From assembly GCA_020536535.1 (NCBI GenBank), contig JAHLWZ010000358.1, positions 1-63,380 of the forward strand: 63,380 nt of DNA, read 5' to 3'. The notes beneath the pieces are model-generated. The model was not told the origin of the DNA and ran no database searches. It saw only the letters and a list, made by a program, of their open reading frames with translations. Of this stretch, positions 59,001 to 63,380 are shown piece after piece. Positions within the stretch are counted from its first letter, which is position 1. Every line of letters starts with the position of its first letter. Made by a program: the position numbers and the translations under genes. The stretch is from Pelomyxa schiedti (taxonomy: Eukaryota > Protista > Evosea).

Positions 59001-61700
59001 ATGGCCACGGTGGAGCGGGAGGGGTACTTAAACAAACAAGGAAAAAGAGTCAAGTCGTGGAAGCGGAGGTGGTTCACTCTCACACTGTTACCCCCTCGTA
59101 AAGGAGGCACCGGCACCGCCTCTCCCAGCTCCAGTCCTTCCACAAATGCGCCTGATCCCGTTGGCACCATCGCTTATGCAAAACTCCAGGTGCCCTCTAC
59201 TTAGATTTGTGGTTTCTTTTTTTTTTTTCCTCTTCCTCTATAGCCTAAGTGAGTTTCTAATTGGTTTATCAGGAGGGAAAACCAATAAATACCATCAACC
59301 TGGTTTCTGGGTGTAAAGCGTATATTGTTGCCACAAACGCAAAAGCATCCTGCATGTTTAATCTGGAAGTAACAAATCGTACTTTTATCATTGAAGGTAA
59401 AATTGTACACTTAGGCATATCAACTCATGTACTTCTAGCATCATCCCCTGAGGAAGCTAAAACTTGGGTAGAGGCTATAAACAGTGTAATCAAAGGAATT
59501 TCTCCTAGTACGTATTCCTATTTCTCCCACGTATTTATGTGTTAAAAGAGAGCCCAGTAACACCTCACATGTCAACACCTCCACTAGCAACACCTCCAAT
59601 TTCGATCTCATCATCAACTTCTTCTTCCTCCCTCATGTACCCTGGATCCCCTGTTGCTTCCCATGCAAAACAGCAATCCGACTCGAACCTGTCCAGCAGT
59701 CTACCCAATCAGCAACAATTCAAACGAGGAGTTCCACCGCTTAGTAGTCAGCGAGTTAAATCCACATTAAATCTGGCAGAAGGAACTCCCTCAAACAGTG
59801 CAACTGCAACAACTTCCAGCGGAGATCCGGCCTCCAATTCTACACCTGCAACTGGTTCTACATCTTCCTCTGGTTCAACTAGCGCAAATAGTGCCACCAC
59901 ATCTGCATCTACCACACCTGCAACAGCAACGGCAACACCTGCCTCAACCTCGCCTCCCAAATCACCAGGCAGGGATAGCACACCTCCTGAGACACCTTCA
60001 ACTCCCACAACATCCAGGGCTACCCAACCATCACCCCTTAAAATTACACCTTCGACGAATGCTCCTCCTGCTTTGAATCAAGTACGTATTTGTGCCTGGT
60101 TTTTAGGTTGCGAGTTGATCCACATAAGATATGGAATTTCGCCCTCACAGATGCAGCCGACTTGATGAATAGGCAGCACCTTATGACAACTTTTTCTTCT
60201 TTTTCTTCCAAACACGAACTGTTGATGCAAGAACTCGGGAAAGTGAGTAATTCAAATTGTTCAATGGTTTTACTTTATCCAGATGGGTGACCTACATATG
60301 GTAAATGTGCTCCCCAACTCGAGACAGCAGCAAATCGTTTCCGAACTTTGCATGTAGTGGCATTTATTTAAAAATCTCTTTCCTAATGGGTATAGGCTCC
60401 ACCTAGAGTGGGGCGTGGCTCTTGGTGATTATGCAGCAAAACTATCTGAGGCGAATCGGTCTGAGCCTGAATCTCAACCGTCACCAGCTTTCTCTGCCAA
60501 TAACTTTTTGTTGACACATTTGGCCTTCCATGAGTCACTTGTGAAACTAATGTCAGGTTCGTAAATGTGTTTCCATTTTAGATTTTCCACCTTTGACTTT
60601 TCTAAATACAATAGCACAGCATCATATGCACGTAGCTGGCGTAGAAAAAATACCGGAAGCCGTTGTTCATGCACAACGATTTTTGGATTTGTGGAAATGT
60701 CTTCTGGTATCACAAATTATTTTCCCTTTATCAGACCAACAGGCAACAAGGACCGAACAGAAGAAACAAATCGAAATAAATCAGAAGAGGATATCGAGGC
60801 ACAGGGAATCCCCCCAATTCTTCACTTGCATCGTTTGGGAATTGAAAAGTCACTAATATATGCATGGGTCCCACAATTGTTCAGCAAAAAACTTGTCTTA
60901 TTTGGCTTTTTGCACATTGATGTGTGTATAGTTTGCACAACTGTGAAGCTTCGTTTAACTTACCTTTAGAACCCCAGCACTGAGGATAACTTTGCACGTA
61001 GCATTGGGAGGGAACCCCCAAGTGTAGGTGATTCTTCTCCTGGAACAATCGGAACTGGGCAAATGCCAATTGGGAGGGCGTGGGCAACCCTGTCCCCAAC
61101 CGCTCTTTCTCTTTATACATTTGATCCTGCACAATATTCTGCCGGAGATTGTGTTCCTCCAGATAACCCGTAAGCGATTGTTACTGTGCTGAGAACTGCT
61201 CACTCAGAAATAGTGCAATACATGTTCCCCTAAATTGGATACGAAAGTTGGACATGTCAACGCAGCCACATACTTACATGAAGTTTACGTGTGTCCTTGA
61301 TACTCCCCTTTCTTCCTAAACACCGCACTCAGTTATTTCGTGTCTGAGCCCAGCCTTCAAACACCTTTGTTGACTGTTATTCTCAAGGGAGACAGTGCCC
61401 AAGAGACGGTATGTCACCCTCCCCAGGAAATTGATAGCTTCCAACTCGATTCCACAGACCACGTGGCTCTTGGAGATCACACAATCATTTCAAGCTTTCC
61501 AAATAAAAAGGAAACAACACGCGGCAGCGTCACACCAGCACAAAGCATCAACACTGACGAGTTGATCAACACTTTTGCAGGTCATTCATTCCACAGTTGT
61601 GTTTGTAGAATTTTTTTTTTAAAACCAAAGTACCTTTTAAAAACAAAACCCCAATGAAGGAAACAAAAACCCAAGAGCCGACGTCGGTGACCAATCGTAA
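59001..61700 (+). CDS. PH-domain protein with S/T/P-rich linker and helical region; 3' end approximate
   Basis: REGYLNKQGKRVKSWKRRWFTL, KPINTINL, RTFIIEASSPEEAKTWVEAIN. Confidence 0.8.
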
Positions 61701-62646
61701 CAGAACCACTCGAAGTCCATTCCAACACCACGAAACAGCAGTGAGGCAAGGGGGTGTGAGCCATCTGAGCACGGGATGAATACTAGCAATACCCCCTTAG
61801 CTCCACAGAAGCTGTGGTGTGCATTAAAAACAAAGAAGGGTGCAACATTGCCATACTATGCTGTTGTAATGTTTCTGTATCTATATTCAAGAGGGTTATT
61901 ACAAGTTAGAAGTATTATCAACATACCTTTCTTGTCCTGCAGTATCCTTGTACAAGGTTAAAATATGAAGAATGAACTGTCTTTGTACCCAAATTTGAAG
62001 CTTCACTTTTCTTCCTTCAAGCACAACCCTTTTTATCTTGAAGTCAATTCTGGTTTGTCTTCAAAAAATAAGAATCCACCATAAAAAGGTCATGGACCTT
62101 GGGGACTGTGGTTTCTTTGCAGAAGAAACTCACCCCCCTCGACTCCCAGGTCTCGCTCTGGCCAGTCTTTTCCAAGTTCCTTTGTACAGCTGTTTTTTTG
62201 GGGTTTCTTCTTATCCTGAGCTATCAACATTCCGTGCACCTGCTGTTTCGAAAACGGCCGTAATTATTTATCTGAATGGCATCGACGGGGGGTGCCGCGA
62301 CGCCGATGGAGACTATCAATATGCTAATAATTAGAAGACGGGTGTGGATCTATGGGACCAAAGGCCATTTCGCAGCATCGTTTTCATTTCAGTGTGAGAA
62401 GTGGCAAGGTGACAAGAAAAGAAGGGCACCTTGTGCTTCTTCTCATTGTTGATCCTGCTGTTGTGAAGCTGTCACTTTGGCTGGATTAACCTGCTAAAAT
62501 GATAATGCGTAACGGTACCAGCACAGCAACACCGTTTGGAGGATGTNNNNNNNNNNNNNNNNNNNNNNNNNNNNNNNNNNNNNNNNNNNNNNNNNNNNNN
62601 NNNNNNNNNNNNNNNNNNNNNNNNNNNNNNNNNNNNNNNNNNNNNN

Positions 62647-63003
62647 TCCTCGTCGTCGTCAGCATTGGCGTCTTCGTCTTCGTCGTCGTCTGCTCGAACT
62701 TCTCAGGAGCAGCAGAGGGCACCTCCGTCGTTGATCAAACTTCCTCCTCCACCTATTCCTCTGCAGATTGTGGAACTGGACGCTGCAAGTTTGCAGTCGT
62801 CGCTGATGCAACTCCCACAGCAACAGCAGCAACAACAACAACAACAACACCAACAGCAGGTGCAGCCGCCACCGCGGGGTTATGGGTCGCCGTCGTCGTC
62901 GTCGTCGTCTTCGTCGCCCTACGACTCGGACGATACCCCTCCAATGACGCCACCGCCTCACGATCTCAACAGTGTTGTTGTACTATCGGAAAAACAAGAA
63001 TAA
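62647..63003 (+). CDS. 3' fragment of a second copy or allele of the ACL-A gene
   Basis: Encodes the same tail ending ...VLSEKQE*; the 5' part is lost in the gap. Confidence 0.7.
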   Translation, partial: SSSSSALASSSSSSSARTSQEQQRAPPSLIKLPPPPIPLQIVELDAASLQSSLMQLPQQQQQQQQQQHQQQVQPPPRGYGSPSSSSSSSSPYDSDDTPPMTPPPHDLNSVVVLSEKQE

Positions 63004-63205
63004 ACCACCGGCCGTGTTAACTTTTTTTCTCACTGCTCAATCTCACTGTGTGCTGGATATCCAGCCAGAGCAGTTCCTTTTTTAGTGCGTTTTCTCACTG
63101 GGCTAAAAAAAGAAGAAAATTCTCTTTTATACGAAACGTCGTGCGCATTTTTAAACAAAAAACCCCCGACAATAACAAGCCATAACATTCACCCGAACAA
63201 TAACA

Positions 63206-63380
63206 ATGTCTGTCGTACTAGAAAACAACACGGTCGTCCGCGGCATACTCAATGTCGGCAATACGTGTTACTTGAACTCCGCGATCCAAGTACTTTTTCA
63301 CGCCAACGGATTCGCGTCGCGTTTGGAGCTTCATCGACCTCGTAATGCTGACTGCATCGCCAGGCGATGTTTGTCGTGTG
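63206..63380 (+). CDS. 5' fragment of a second copy or allele of the USP gene (runs off the window)
   Basis: MSVVLENNTVVRGILNVGNTCYLNSAIQ is identical in protein to the copy at 50392. Confidence 0.8.
   Translation, partial: MSVVLENNTVVRGILNVGNTCYLNSAIQVLFHANGFASRLELHRPRNADCIARRCLSC

Larger units (their letters stand above)
62647..63380 (+). repeat. Near-identical second copy of 49843-50566 (ACL 3' end, spacer, USP 5' end), after a 100-N gap
   Basis: Direct comparison shows a few SNPs, codon-sized indels in the coding part and small indels in the spacer. Confidence 0.95.

Noticed and set aside
62038-62546. Possible gene fragment before the second gap
   Set aside because: No recognisable motif and truncated by Ns; ORFs that run across the gap are artefacts.
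1-63380. CRISPR arrays, prokaryotic operons or defence systems, transposase/RT genes, rRNA/tRNA, stop-codon reassignment
   Set aside because: None seen. In-frame stops in the conserved genes I checked all fall inside short GT/GC-AG introns, so the standard code suffices.

Overview
Gene-dense eukaryotic (protist) nuclear DNA, not prokaryotic. About 26 protein-coding genes are broken by many very short (mostly 35-50 nt) spliceosomal introns and are often separated by only 60-250 bp, so the ORF track is fragmentary; I spliced key regions by eye, and gene ends are approximate where noted. Gene content and style suggest an amoebozoan, possibly an archamoeba such as Pelomyxa (inference, unverified). 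Recognisable genes in order: NYN/LabA PIN nuclease, TTD14-like P-loop/CYTH protein, class-3 lipase, IRAK/RLK-like pseudokinase-RING, DCAF1/VPRBP, secreted PAN-GH127 glycosidase, MFS transporter, dual-specificity phosphatase (DSP) with a catalytic R>K change, FemAB/GNAT-like protein, rhomboid, INTS3, degenerate TatD fused to a Yvh1/DUSP12-type zinc domain, RRP1/Nop52, CCCH zinc-finger protein, ubiquitin-like protein, Sel1-like hypothetical, 7TM-like protein, RTEL1, DMC1, ATP-citrate lyase A subunit, USP, hypothetical, LRR-DSP and a PH-domain protein. The most striking unexplained feature is a pair of abutting long fold-back hairpins (40208-40481 and 40472-40631) in the divergent intergenic region upstream of RTEL1, resembling a pri-miRNA/hairpin-RNA cluster. 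Also notable: the pseudo-TatD/Yvh1-zinc fusion head-to-head with RRP1, the RTEL1-DMC1 pair, a phased G3A7-9 array and several GC-AG introns. Two 100-N gaps are associated with duplications that are probably assembly or haplotype effects.
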